In this document: positions 1 to 9,567 of the stretch, piece by piece | How positions within the stretch are numbered: the stretch's first letter is position 1 | Layout: each line of letters begins with the position of its first letter | Assembly (NCBI GenBank): GCA_039630415.1 | Contig: JBCNVB010000013.1 | Coordinates: forward strand, 174,492 to 238,491 | Source of the DNA: a bacterium | GTDB lineage: Bacteria; DRYD01 | Reading direction: 5' to 3' | Length of the DNA: 64,000 nt | The notes under the pieces: generated by a model | What the model was told of the DNA's origin: nothing | Databases searched by the model: none | The model's input: only the letters and a program-made list of their open reading frames with translations | Program-made: the position numbers and the translations under genes

Positions 1-1015
1 GGTAGTTATCAAAGCCCAGGTAAAGGTAGGTGGAAGAGGTAAGGCCGGTGGTATTAAAGTCGCCAAAAATAATGAAGAATTTATGAAATATATAAAGCAG
101 ATCTTAAATATGCAAATAAAAGGTGTAAAGGTGAACAAAGTTCTCATAGACCAGTATATCCCCATAGAAAATGAAATGTATATGAGTTTTATGATAGATC
201 GTAGTAAGTGTAAGGTTATATTTATTTTCTCTGCTTGTGGAGGTGTAGATATAGAGGAGATAGCGGAGAAAAACCCAGAAAAAATATCAAAGCAGTATTT
301 GGACAATAGAGATTTACTTGAACATCAAATAAGAGATACTATACTAAAGGTATACAATACTGATTTAAATATTGCCAAACAAATAGAGTCGATAGCAATC
401 AAGCTATACAGGTTATTTAAAGAAAATCACTGTGTACTTGCAGAGATAAATCCTTTGGTTACCTATGGTTCTGGCTTAATTGCTTTAGATGCTAAAATAA
501 TCTTAGACGAGAATGCTTTTGCATATATAGAGGATGAATTAGAAGAAGATGAGGAAAGGTCACCTATTGAACAGGAAGCAAAGGATTCTGGTATAGCATA
601 TGTTGAGCTTGACGGGAATATAGGAGTAATAGGTAATGGTGCTGGATTAGTTATGTATACGATTGACTTGATAAACTTGTATGGTGGTAAAGCGGCAAAT
701 TTTCTAGATGTTGGCGGTGGAGCAAGAGCAGAGAAAATTAAGCAGAGTATAAACCTGGTTATGAAAAATCCCAAAGTTAAGGGTTTATTCATAAACATAT
801 TTGGTGGTATAACCAGATGCGATGAAGTAGCTACTGGAATTCTACAAGCTTATCAGGAGAATAACTATACTACTCCTCTTGTGGTTAGACTTCAAGGAAC
901 TAATTATGAAGAAGGTAAAAGGATATTGCAAACTCTTAAAGAAAAGTTGAGTTTTGAAATAACAGAATCTGCAGAGGAAGGAGCACAAAAAATAGTAAGC
1001 ATCATCAATAAATGA
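1..1015 (+). CDS. sucC: Succinyl-CoA synthetase beta subunit (5'-truncated by window edge)
   Basis: The frame is open from position 2 (VVIKAQVKVGGRGKAGGIK); motifs EINPL, GNGAGL, NFLDVGGGA and NIFGGITRCD. Confidence 0.95.
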   Translation, partial: VVIKAQVKVGGRGKAGGIKVAKNNEEFMKYIKQILNMQIKGVKVNKVLIDQYIPIENEMYMSFMIDRSKCKVIFIFSACGGVDIEEIAEKNPEKISKQYLDNRDLLEHQIRDTILKVYNTDLNIAKQIESIAIKLYRLFKENHCVLAEINPLVTYGSGLIALDAKIILDENAFAYIEDELEEDEERSPIEQEAKDSGIAYVELDGNIGVIGNGAGLVMYTIDLINLYGGKAANFLDVGGGARAEKIKQSINLVMKNPKVKGLFINIFGGITRCDEVATGILQAYQENNYTTPLVVRLQGTNYEEGKRILQTLKEKLSFEITESAEEGAQKIVSIINK

Positions 1016-1470
1016 AAGGCATTGAATATCTAAATCAAATAGAGGGTAAGATCATAGAAATTCTGAAATTTTATAATCAGACTTCCTATTGTCCATATTC
1101 GAATTTCAGGGTATCTGCTTGTTTAGTGATAAGAAATAATAAACTTAACGAACTTAATTTTGTTGGTGGATGTAATGTGGAAAATTCATCGTATGGGTTA
1201 AGTATATGTGCTGAGAGAAACTTGATTTTCAAATGTATTTCTGAAGGCTATTTTCCTGATGGTAAAAATCTGGACTGGATATTCTTATGTTTATACGTAC
1301 CTGTCAAAAAATTTATTTCTCCCTGTGGAGCATGTAGACAAGTAATTTCGGAGTTTGTTGATGATATACCGATTGTTATCTATAACCAAGAACTTCAAAG
1401 GAAGGTTTTATATTTGTCAGAAATATTTAAGGAAAGATTTTCTCCAACGGACTTAAAAAATTTTCAGTAA
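1012..1470 (+). CDS. cdd: Cytidine deaminase (homotetrameric type)
   Basis: PYSNFRV, GCNVEN.SY, CAER and PCGACRQ zinc motifs. Confidence 0.92.
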   Translation: MKGIEYLNQIEGKIIEILKFYNQTSYCPYSNFRVSACLVIRNNKLNELNFVGGCNVENSSYGLSICAERNLIFKCISEGYFPDGKNLDWIFLCLYVPVKKFISPCGACRQVISEFVDDIPIVIYNQELQRKVLYLSEIFKERFSPTDLKNFQ

Positions 1471-1486
1471 AGAAAGGAGTATAGGT

Positions 1487-2878
1487 ATGAAAGGAATAGT
1501 AGTTACAAAGCTTATTTTAGTCTTATTTTTGGTTTTGATGATAAGTGGAGCTTCTGCAAAAGAAACAATAAATGTGGTTTCATATATTACAAATTCATCA
1601 ATAGAGAATATTTTAACTAAGCGTATTAACAGTGTAAGTCAGTCAAAAGTTTTGTCTTTATTTGAGGTTAGGTATCAGAATTTTAATAGTGTAAAAGATT
1701 TCATTGATAGAATTAGAAATAGAGATGTTGACATTGTTGTATGTCCTGTTGCAATGAAGGAGATAGTACAGAGAAAAATATCTGCTAATTATAGATACTG
1801 GAATGAGTATTTTTCTAAAGCACCAACTTTCTATGCTGTTTACAAGACATATACGTTTGATTTCATGAAAAAATTAAGTTATGATGGAGAAAATGTAGAA
1901 TTTTTGCCTCTTTTTGCCTACTCGTTTTACTATGATAGTTCTTTCCCAAATAATTTATCAAATCTAAATGTTATTGAGCTTCTTACAGTATATGATGTAT
2001 TTTCAAAAGCTACTGACTATGTAAGTTTTTACTTAAAATATATTGCTTCAAAGAGGGAAGAATCATATATTTATCCTCTTAACGGGACATTACCAAAGGA
2101 TAATGTAAAAATTTTGAACTTGAATGAAGGATTTATTAGGGTTGATACACCTTGTGTTGTTTACGGAGTTTTTGTTACGAATTTATCTGCAGATGTTAAT
2201 AAAATCAATGCAACAAATTTCTTAGCAACTAAGATATGGGATTTCGAAACACAGATAGATTTAACACTTGAAGTAGGGGTTTTGTGTTCAGATAAAAATA
2301 CTACTTTACACCCAGGATTTGTTCAAAAACTAAAGGATAAAAGATTCTCTTTATTGTATAACAGCAAACTGGGTAAGTTAACGGAGTATAAGATAAACTA
2401 TAACTTATTCAATGATGTTATTCTGATGATTTTGAATAATGTTAATGCTGAGAATATAGTTGGTTATTTGAATTCCTTTCTTTATAGTCCATTAGTTAAT
2501 ACAGAACTTCTCTATTCTAGCTATTCTAATTTGATTATACGGAGTGGTTTTAGGAACTATGTTCTAGCTGTATTCTCGGATAAAATGGAGATTAAAAAGC
2601 TAGTTTACTCGAACGATTTTATTAATCAGCAAATAGGAGTATTCGAAAAAGTAGTTAAACATAAAAATAAGCAAATAAAAAGATACCAATCGAAAAAAAT
2701 ATACGATATAATATTTTTGATTCTAAATGAAGATAAGAGAATATTTGATATCGAAAACTATGGTATAAAAGTAAAGGAAAAAAATCCGTTAACAATAATT
2801 CACACTGACAAAAAGCAAAATTTAGTATTCATCAAAAGAAAAACTCCTAATCATAATGTTGTACTAATCGCTAGGTAA
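1487..2878 (+). CDS. Hypothetical exported protein
   Basis: 463-aa ORF, AAGGAG RBS, N-terminal signal peptide (ASA-K); only a faint resemblance to solute-binding proteins. Confidence 0.6.
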   Translation: MKGIVVTKLILVLFLVLMISGASAKETINVVSYITNSSIENILTKRINSVSQSKVLSLFEVRYQNFNSVKDFIDRIRNRDVDIVVCPVAMKEIVQRKISANYRYWNEYFSKAPTFYAVYKTYTFDFMKKLSYDGENVEFLPLFAYSFYYDSSFPNNLSNLNVIELLTVYDVFSKATDYVSFYLKYIASKREESYIYPLNGTLPKDNVKILNLNEGFIRVDTPCVVYGVFVTNLSADVNKINATNFLATKIWDFETQIDLTLEVGVLCSDKNTTLHPGFVQKLKDKRFSLLYNSKLGKLTEYKINYNLFNDVILMILNNVNAENIVGYLNSFLYSPLVNTELLYSSYSNLIIRSGFRNYVLAVFSDKMEIKKLVYSNDFINQQIGVFEKVVKHKNKQIKRYQSKKIYDIIFLILNEDKRIFDIENYGIKVKEKNPLTIIHTDKKQNLVFIKRKTPNHNVVLIAR

Positions 2879-2894
2879 GTTTCGAGCATTTAGT

Positions 2895-3803
2895 ATGCAT
2901 GTAGTTAAGATTAGAAAGTACTCTGTTTATGTGATTATTTTTATTGTTGAATTTTTAATCTTATACGGATACTTTATTGTTTTGGATAAGATTAAGCTAA
3001 GTAGATATTATTTTCAGATGCAACAAAAATCTATTTACAATATTGATTATTCTCTTTCAAAGGGTTATGTTGATACGTTTTTTTTATCTGTGAGGGATTA
3101 CATTATTTGGGAGGGACAGGAAGGCAAGTTAATAGAAAGAAAGCAGAGAATAGAAGATTTACTTAGGAATAATTTTCTAACTTCTGATGCTTACTATTTG
3201 TCTAAAGCACTGCTAGACAAAGATAACAGACCTTTTTTTCTAAAGAATGCTATGCAATCAAATGATGTTTACATAAAATATATTGCCTCCGTGTATTACT
3301 ACATTTTGGTCAGTAGACAGTTATCAAAAGCTCTAGCAAGTAGTTATCAAGATTGGAAGGAGAATATTGATCCTAAATACAGATGGATTCTGGATTTGGT
3401 TGATAAGCCTCTTTTCAATATAGCCAAAAATTACCTACTTGTAAGTAAATTGAAGGATGTAGCAATCAAATCACCTAATCCAATATTGTCTTCTATATGC
3501 ATAGCTGCTTTGATAGCGGTTGAGTACAAAGATGAGACTTTTTACAGTCGTTTTTTAAGCTCTAATTATCCACTTCTATTCGTAGTTTGTACTGTTGGGT
3601 TATACGTAACCTCATCGAGTTCACAACTTAAAGAGCATCAGAAATATAGTTATTTTATATTTAATAAGCCAGATTTGTATAGGTATTATAGCATTCTACT
3701 GATTGTCAAGTATTCCAAACCTTCGATTTATAGATTTCTTTTAAGTTCTGATGTTAAGGATTATAAAGAGCATACTATTTGTATTTTGATGATGATAAAC
3801 TAG
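2895..3803 (+). CDS. Hypothetical membrane-anchored helical protein
   Basis: 302-aa ORF in operon context with one N-terminal hydrophobic helix. Confidence 0.6.
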   Translation: MHVVKIRKYSVYVIIFIVEFLILYGYFIVLDKIKLSRYYFQMQQKSIYNIDYSLSKGYVDTFFLSVRDYIIWEGQEGKLIERKQRIEDLLRNNFLTSDAYYLSKALLDKDNRPFFLKNAMQSNDVYIKYIASVYYYILVSRQLSKALASSYQDWKENIDPKYRWILDLVDKPLFNIAKNYLLVSKLKDVAIKSPNPILSSICIAALIAVEYKDETFYSRFLSSNYPLLFVVCTVGLYVTSSSSQLKEHQKYSYFIFNKPDLYRYYSILLIVKYSKPSIYRFLLSSDVKDYKEHTICILMMIN

Positions 3804-3825
3804 GGATAATAAGTCGGGTTTTTTT

Positions 3826-5493
3826 ATGGAAGACTTGATCCTGAATATCAAAAAAACAATAAACTATGGAGATTTTTTTGGTAAGTATTTGAAATTGAAG
3901 AGGGTAGGCTCTACGTATATGTCAATATGTCCGTTTCATGCTGATAGTCAACCATCATTATCAGTAGATTTAGAAAGGGGATTGTGGTATTGTTTTGGCT
4001 GTAACAAAGGAGGGGATGTTTTCAATTTTGTTATGGAGATGGAAAACTGTTCATTCAAAGAAGCTCTTTATTACTTAGCTGATATTCTTAATATACCACT
4101 TCAGGATAACCAGAACCTGGAAAGGTTGAAAGTTAAGATTGATTTTGAGTTGTATGAAAAGATATTGAGTTTTTATAGTAATGTTCTGAACAAAACAGAG
4201 GTTGGTCAAAGGGCTAGGAAATATCTGGAATCTAGAAAAGTGGGATCAGAAGTTTGGAAAAAATTCAGTTTGGGATATTGCCCCAAAAATATCAAAAATC
4301 TTCTAACTTTTTGTCAAAAAAAAGGAATAAGTATTGAATCACTGGTTAAAGTTGGATTAGTTTACAAAAAAGGAGAAGATTATCAGGAAATACTTAGTGG
4401 AAGAATTGTTATACCTATTTTTTCACACAATAGTAAGATATTAGGATTTGCGGGCAGAACGATTGAGGATGAACAACCAAAATATATCAACACTATAGGC
4501 TTAAATAAATCTTCTACTTTATATGGCATTAATCTTGCTAAGAGTTATATAAAGTCTACAGGTAACGTTTTTTTAGTTGAGGGATATTTTGATGTATGGG
4601 CTCTTCATAGTATAGGTATCCAAAATGTTTTGGGTTTGATGGGAACTTCTATAACTAACAATCAAATTCAATTAATCAAAAGATATTGTTCTGAGGTGAT
4701 ACTAACTTTAGATTCTGATAAAGCAGGACAAATTTCTACTTTTAATCAATTGGTTAAGTTAGTATCAGAGAACTTGGTTGTAAAAGTGGTTATAATACAA
4801 GAAGCAAAGGATCCATCTGAATTACTATCTATTGATTCCCAAAAGCTTATTGAAAATTTGAACAATATCAAGTCTGATATTGATTACTTAACTCAATGTT
4901 ATCTTTCCACTATTGATATATACGAAAGGCAAAAATTTTTGGAAAAATTCATAGTACTTTTCCTACAAAGTGTGAAAAAAGAAATAATAAGAGAGGAATA
5001 TATTAAGAAATTTTCAAAAGAATCTTCTTTACCGTATACTTACTTAAGAAGATTGATAAAAAGTAAAATTGTATCAGATATAAGTTTGCAACAAAGAATA
5101 GATCTAGAAATATACTTTGCTATTTTTTGCTTCGTTAACTTCGATATTTTTGAGAAGTATTATACAAGTGAATATCTAAAAGTGCAAAGAGATTACTTTG
5201 AAAAGGATAAGGCTTATATATTGTTTAAATATTTAGAGGAATGCGTTAGCAAAGGGATTCAACCAGCACAGAAAATCATTCATGACAATAATCTCACAGA
5301 AGAGCTAAAAATGGTTGTCAAAAACACAATAAAGCTAGATTCAAAAGAAAGGGAACTTTATTTTCTTGAATTATACAACAATTTAAGAAAAAAGTACTTG
5401 GTTAAGGATTTAAAGGAATATATCAAAAAGGGTAACTATGAAAAAGCAAAGGAAATTGAAGAAGAACTTAGAAAATTGTCAAGAAACAAATAA
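3826..5493 (+). CDS. dnaG: DNA primase
   Basis: CPFH...CFGC zinc finger, FAGR, PKYIN, TOPRIM VEGYFDV and LDSDKAG. Confidence 0.96.
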   Translation: MEDLILNIKKTINYGDFFGKYLKLKRVGSTYMSICPFHADSQPSLSVDLERGLWYCFGCNKGGDVFNFVMEMENCSFKEALYYLADILNIPLQDNQNLERLKVKIDFELYEKILSFYSNVLNKTEVGQRARKYLESRKVGSEVWKKFSLGYCPKNIKNLLTFCQKKGISIESLVKVGLVYKKGEDYQEILSGRIVIPIFSHNSKILGFAGRTIEDEQPKYINTIGLNKSSTLYGINLAKSYIKSTGNVFLVEGYFDVWALHSIGIQNVLGLMGTSITNNQIQLIKRYCSEVILTLDSDKAGQISTFNQLVKLVSENLVVKVVIIQEAKDPSELLSIDSQKLIENLNNIKSDIDYLTQCYLSTIDIYERQKFLEKFIVLFLQSVKKEIIREEYIKKFSKESSLPYTYLRRLIKSKIVSDISLQQRIDLEIYFAIFCFVNFDIFEKYYTSEYLKVQRDYFEKDKAYILFKYLEECVSKGIQPAQKIIHDNNLTEELKMVVKNTIKLDSKERELYFLELYNNLRKKYLVKDLKEYIKKGNYEKAKEIEEELRKLSRNK

Positions 5494-6505
5494 ACCTGCG
5501 GAAATCAAGGCAGATAAAATAGACTTAGAGGAGATATACAGTAAGGTTAAAATTGGTTCATTTAATGACTATGGTTGGGCTATAGAGAATTATAGAAATT
5601 TTAAGGGTATTACACGCGAGCAAGAGTTGAAAATAATAAATGATGCTAAGCAAGGGAAAATGGAAGCCAAAATAATCCTCATTTCTTTGGTTTTCCCATA
5701 TATAATTAAGCTGTATAAAACTATGAACAAGCAATCAGATTACATGGACTATATTTCTGACGGCATTGCTGCTTCTTTGGAAGCTATTCAAAGATACGAT
5801 CTAAAAAGATATAACGTAAGGTTTTCAACTTATGCAGCCTACTGGATATACCACTCAATTTTGAGAAGTACTTATCAAGAAACAACCGTCAAAGTACCTG
5901 TTTCTATCTACTCTGAGTACTCCAAATTCATAAAAGCATATAACCAGTATATTCATCAATATGGATGCAAACCAACTATAAATGAATTGATAGACTATAT
6001 CTTTGGAGAAGAAGTAAGAAAAAAAATAAAGCAAGAAAATCCTGAACTTTCAGAAAAAGACGATATTTTCAAAAGGATTTATAATTTGAAAATATCAGAT
6101 CTGAAGGAGAAGTATTCTAGAATAATAAATTTTATGTCTTTGAAGTCAGAAATTTCTTTACAGGATGTTAGATTTTCTAATAGCACTAAAACAATTGAAG
6201 AGTTTATAGAAAGTGAACAATATGATGAACCTGAAACTGACTTAACACAAAGGGATATAAAAGAAAACATAATAAGAAATGTAATGACCTATCTTGATGA
6301 CGAAGAAAAGATAATAGTTCTTGAGTATTATGGATTACTAGATAATGAAGGGAAAACACTTGAGCAGATAAGAGATATAATTTTTTCTGTATTTGGTAAA
6401 AAGTATTCAAAAGAAAGAATTAGGCAAAAACTAAGGAATGCTAACTTTAAACTGAGAAAAGTTTTATCAAAAGAGATGGAAGGATTTCTAAAGGAGGGGT
6501 ATTAA
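5438..6505 (+). CDS. Sigma-70 family RNA polymerase sigma factor, RpoD/SigA-like but divergent
   Basis: RFSTYAAYWI (region 2.3), TVKVPV, PTINEL (region 3), TLEQI...SKERIRQ (region 4.2); directly after dnaG. Confidence 0.85.
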   Translation: MKKQRKLKKNLENCQETNKPAEIKADKIDLEEIYSKVKIGSFNDYGWAIENYRNFKGITREQELKIINDAKQGKMEAKIILISLVFPYIIKLYKTMNKQSDYMDYISDGIAASLEAIQRYDLKRYNVRFSTYAAYWIYHSILRSTYQETTVKVPVSIYSEYSKFIKAYNQYIHQYGCKPTINELIDYIFGEEVRKKIKQENPELSEKDDIFKRIYNLKISDLKEKYSRIINFMSLKSEISLQDVRFSNSTKTIEEFIESEQYDEPETDLTQRDIKENIIRNVMTYLDDEEKIIVLEYYGLLDNEGKTLEQIRDIIFSVFGKKYSKERIRQKLRNANFKLRKVLSKEMEGFLKEGY

Positions 6506-7794
6506 TGAAAACATTTTTAAGAGATTTAAAAGCTTTTTGGGTTTTAGATAGTAGATCAAATCCTGCTTTGGAGGTATGGGCTTTCCTAGAAAGAAATGGA
6601 AGTATGTACTATGACAATTTCATAGTTCCCTCAGGAGCTTCTACTGGTGATTTTGAAGCTCTTGAACTTAGAGATAACGATCAAAATTTTCATGGTAAAG
6701 GACTTTCTAAAGCTATACAATCTGTGTATTACATAAGAGATAGACTTAAGGATCAGGTGGTGGACGATTTATTTGAAGTGGATAGAAAGATAAGGGAACT
6801 GGATGGAACGGAGAATAAAAGTAGATTAGGAGCAAATGCAATACTTGGGGTTTCAGTAAGTATTGCTAAAGCCTTATCCAAATCTTACAACTTACCATTT
6901 TTCAAATATATTAGCTTACTAAGCGGTTCAACAAAATACTTCTTGCCAGTTCCATTTATGAATATAATTAATGGTGGAGTCCATGCGGACAATCAATTAG
7001 ATTTTCAAGAATTTATGATATGCCCAATAAACTTTGATAGTTTTTCTGAAGCCTTAAAAGCAGGCAGTGAAATTTACAATCATCTAAAGAAAATATTAAA
7101 GCAAGATGGTCATAGTGTATCAGTTGGTGATGAAGGAGGATTTGCTCCCAACATAGACTGTCCTTTTGTAGCATGTGATTACATACTTAAAGCCATAGAA
7201 AAAGCGGGCTATACTGACAAAGTTTTTATAGCTCTTGACGTTGCTGCTAGCTCTATGTATAAGGATGGAAAATATGCCTACAAGAATAGTTATATTTCTT
7301 CTGAACAACTCTCTGAAATATATTCACAATTGATAGAAAAATACCCAATAATATCTATAGAAGATCCTTTTGATCAGGAGGATTGGCAAGCTTGGATCAA
7401 ATTCACTCAAAAATATGGCAATCGAATAAGAATAGTTGGTGATGATTTATTTGTTACGAATACTAAAAGACTTAGTAAAGGTATAGAACTAAAAGCAGCA
7501 AACTCTATCCTTATTAAATTAAATCAAATTGGAACTCTTACGGAGACAATAGATGCTATTAATTTGGCAAATAGTAATAATTTTAGCTGTATTATTTCTC
7601 ATAGATCTGGAGAGACGGAAGATAATACGATTTCTCACCTAGCTGTAAATATTTCATATTGTATAAAGTCTGGTGCCCCAGCTAGAAGTGAAAGAAATTC
7701 TAAATACAATGAACTAAGAAGAATTGAGGAGTTCTATAACATACCATACATATCTAATAAGTTTTTTGTCCAAGCCTTAGTATCAAAAATATGA
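6505..7794 (+). CDS. eno: Enolase
   Basis: DSRSNP, PSGASTG, NGGVHA, GDEGGFAP, GDDLFVTN, SHRSGETED and RSERNSKYN. Confidence 0.97.
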   Translation: MKTFLRDLKAFWVLDSRSNPALEVWAFLERNGSMYYDNFIVPSGASTGDFEALELRDNDQNFHGKGLSKAIQSVYYIRDRLKDQVVDDLFEVDRKIRELDGTENKSRLGANAILGVSVSIAKALSKSYNLPFFKYISLLSGSTKYFLPVPFMNIINGGVHADNQLDFQEFMICPINFDSFSEALKAGSEIYNHLKKILKQDGHSVSVGDEGGFAPNIDCPFVACDYILKAIEKAGYTDKVFIALDVAASSMYKDGKYAYKNSYISSEQLSEIYSQLIEKYPIISIEDPFDQEDWQAWIKFTQKYGNRIRIVGDDLFVTNTKRLSKGIELKAANSILIKLNQIGTLTETIDAINLANSNNFSCIISHRSGETEDNTISHLAVNISYCIKSGAPARSERNSKYNELRRIEEFYNIPYISNKFFVQALVSKI

Positions 7795-8510
7795 ATATAG
7801 GAATATATTCTGGAACTTTTAATCCAATCCACATTGGACATGTAACCGTTATCAACTACTCAATTGAAGAATTAAAACTAGACTTACTTTACGTGGTGCC
7901 AAATAAATATCCCGTTCATAAAAAAAGAAAGTACTTTCTTGAACCATCCTTAAGAATTCAAATGATCCAGTATACTTTGGAAGAATCAAAATACTATCAC
8001 AAGGTGCAGATATCGGACTTTGAGATAACAAGTAATCAGGATTCCTATTCCTATATAACTGTCGATTATTTTAGAAAGAAACATCCCATTGATACACTTT
8101 TTTTCATAATTGGTATAGATAGTTTAATTTTTCATTTTTGGCATAATTTTGATTCTATATGGGAAAAAATAGACTACTTTGCAGTTATAAACAGAAACAT
8201 AGAAAGTGAAGATTTAAAAATTTACATGAAACAGAAATTAGAGGACCTCAAAAATAAAGCGTTAGAATACAATGAAATTTTACTTAAAATATTAGATACT
8301 TACTTAGATATCGACAAAAAATTTATTTTGTTAAAAATCCCAAGAATAGAAATTTCTTCTAGTTTAATTTGGCAAAGACTAGAGGAATCAAAAAGTATAG
8401 ATTATTGGGTAAATGAAAAGGTAAAAAAGATATTGTATTCAATTCCGCTTGGGGGCGAAAAGCGGAATACAAATCCCCCACAAAAACAGAACTATGAACA
8501 TACTAGATAA
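7791..8510 (+). CDS. nadD: Nicotinate-nucleotide adenylyltransferase
   Basis: GTFNPIHIGH, FIIGID and ISSS motifs. Confidence 0.92.
   Translation: MNIGIYSGTFNPIHIGHVTVINYSIEELKLDLLYVVPNKYPVHKKRKYFLEPSLRIQMIQYTLEESKYYHKVQISDFEITSNQDSYSYITVDYFRKKHPIDTLFFIIGIDSLIFHFWHNFDSIWEKIDYFAVINRNIESEDLKIYMKQKLEDLKNKALEYNEILLKILDTYLDIDKKFILLKIPRIEISSSLIWQRLEESKSIDYWVNEKVKKILYSIPLGGEKRNTNPPQKQNYEHTR
8442..8480 (+). promoter_or_regulatory. Candidate pseudoknot-like leader element upstream of the PilT-like gene
   Basis: ATTCCGCT (8442-8449) pairs with AGCGGAAT (8461-8468); loop TGGGGG (8450-8455) is complementary to CCCCCA (8475-8480). Confidence 0.35.
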
Positions 8511-9555
8511 AATATTAAACCTACTCTTTCAAGAAAACGGCGAAGGACTGTTCCTGGTGGAAGATATTCCGCCTTTTATAAGATATAGGGATAAAAAAAT
8601 TCAAAACATCATAGATGAAAAACTAGAGAGAGATAAAATAGAGGAGATATTGAGAATATTTATGAATGAAAAAGATATGTCGGATCTAAAAACGAATGGA
8701 TACTGGTTGGGTAACTATGTTACAAGTAATGGTTTACCTTTCAGCTGTATAGTTTTTTCACAAAAAGCTAAAATGTCAGTAATATTTTCTCCCGCTGTAA
8801 TAGAAACTGTTAAGTTGTCGAGTTTAGATTTACCCGTTCAATATATTGAAGCTTTGAATAAAAACAAAGGATTAATAATAATAGCTGGGCCTAAAAAGAG
8901 TGGTAAAACTACTATTTATAACGCATCTATAGATTATATTCTTGAAAATCGAAGCGTTATGGTTGCTAGTATCGAAGAATTTATTGAGAAAGAATTTTCT
9001 AACAATAGAGGTATTATTTATCAATTTGTAATCGGTAAAGATTGTGGTTTAGTAAAAGATGCTTTGGGAATTGTAAGAAGACTAAAACCTGATATAGTTG
9101 CTATTCAGGAAATTATAAACTATGAGTATTTGGAAATGGCATTGGATTTAGCTCTTAGTGGATTGCTTGTTATTGCTACTATTAACGCGGATGGAATAGT
9201 ATCTGTACTAGAAAAAATTGCTGGTATGTCTGGAGAAAATAAAAACAAAGTATTTAGATATCTTTCTATGGTTTTGGAGATTGTTATATCTGGTAACTTG
9301 TTTACTTCTAATGAAGGTGATTTGAAGTATATTTATGATTTTTATTTCAATGATCCAGAATTTGTCAAACCGCTTTCAATGGGTGATATAAATGAGGTTT
9401 ACTTGAAGATGATTGAAAGAAGAGAGAAAGGGTATAGAGTACAAGAATATACCCTTAAAGCTTTAGTTAAGAAAGGGGTTATTTCAGAGCAGGAAGCTTT
9501 ACTTAAGGCTGCAAGAATTAATGATTTCAAGAGGATTATGTTGAGTCCTTACTAA
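8494..9555 (+). CDS. PilT/PilU-family ATPase, degenerate motifs
   Basis: Walker A GPKKSGKTT, SIEEFIE Asp box, PDIVAIQE Walker B; the ATG at 8494 (MNILDKIL) is a more likely start than TTG 8449. Confidence 0.8.
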   Translation: MNILDKILNLLFQENGEGLFLVEDIPPFIRYRDKKIQNIIDEKLERDKIEEILRIFMNEKDMSDLKTNGYWLGNYVTSNGLPFSCIVFSQKAKMSVIFSPAVIETVKLSSLDLPVQYIEALNKNKGLIIIAGPKKSGKTTIYNASIDYILENRSVMVASIEEFIEKEFSNNRGIIYQFVIGKDCGLVKDALGIVRRLKPDIVAIQEIINYEYLEMALDLALSGLLVIATINADGIVSVLEKIAGMSGENKNKVFRYLSMVLEIVISGNLFTSNEGDLKYIYDFYFNDPEFVKPLSMGDINEVYLKMIERREKGYRVQEYTLKALVKKGVISEQEALLKAARINDFKRIMLSPY

Positions 9556-9567
9556 GGGGGTGATTGA

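Noticed and set aside
8423-8497. In-frame A_AAA_AAG slippery heptamer upstream of the pseudoknot-like element, suggesting a programmed -1 frameshift fusing nadD to the PilT-like gene
   Set aside because: The PilT-like gene is in the +1 frame relative to nadD, and the -1 frame stops after about 22 codons, so no fusion results.
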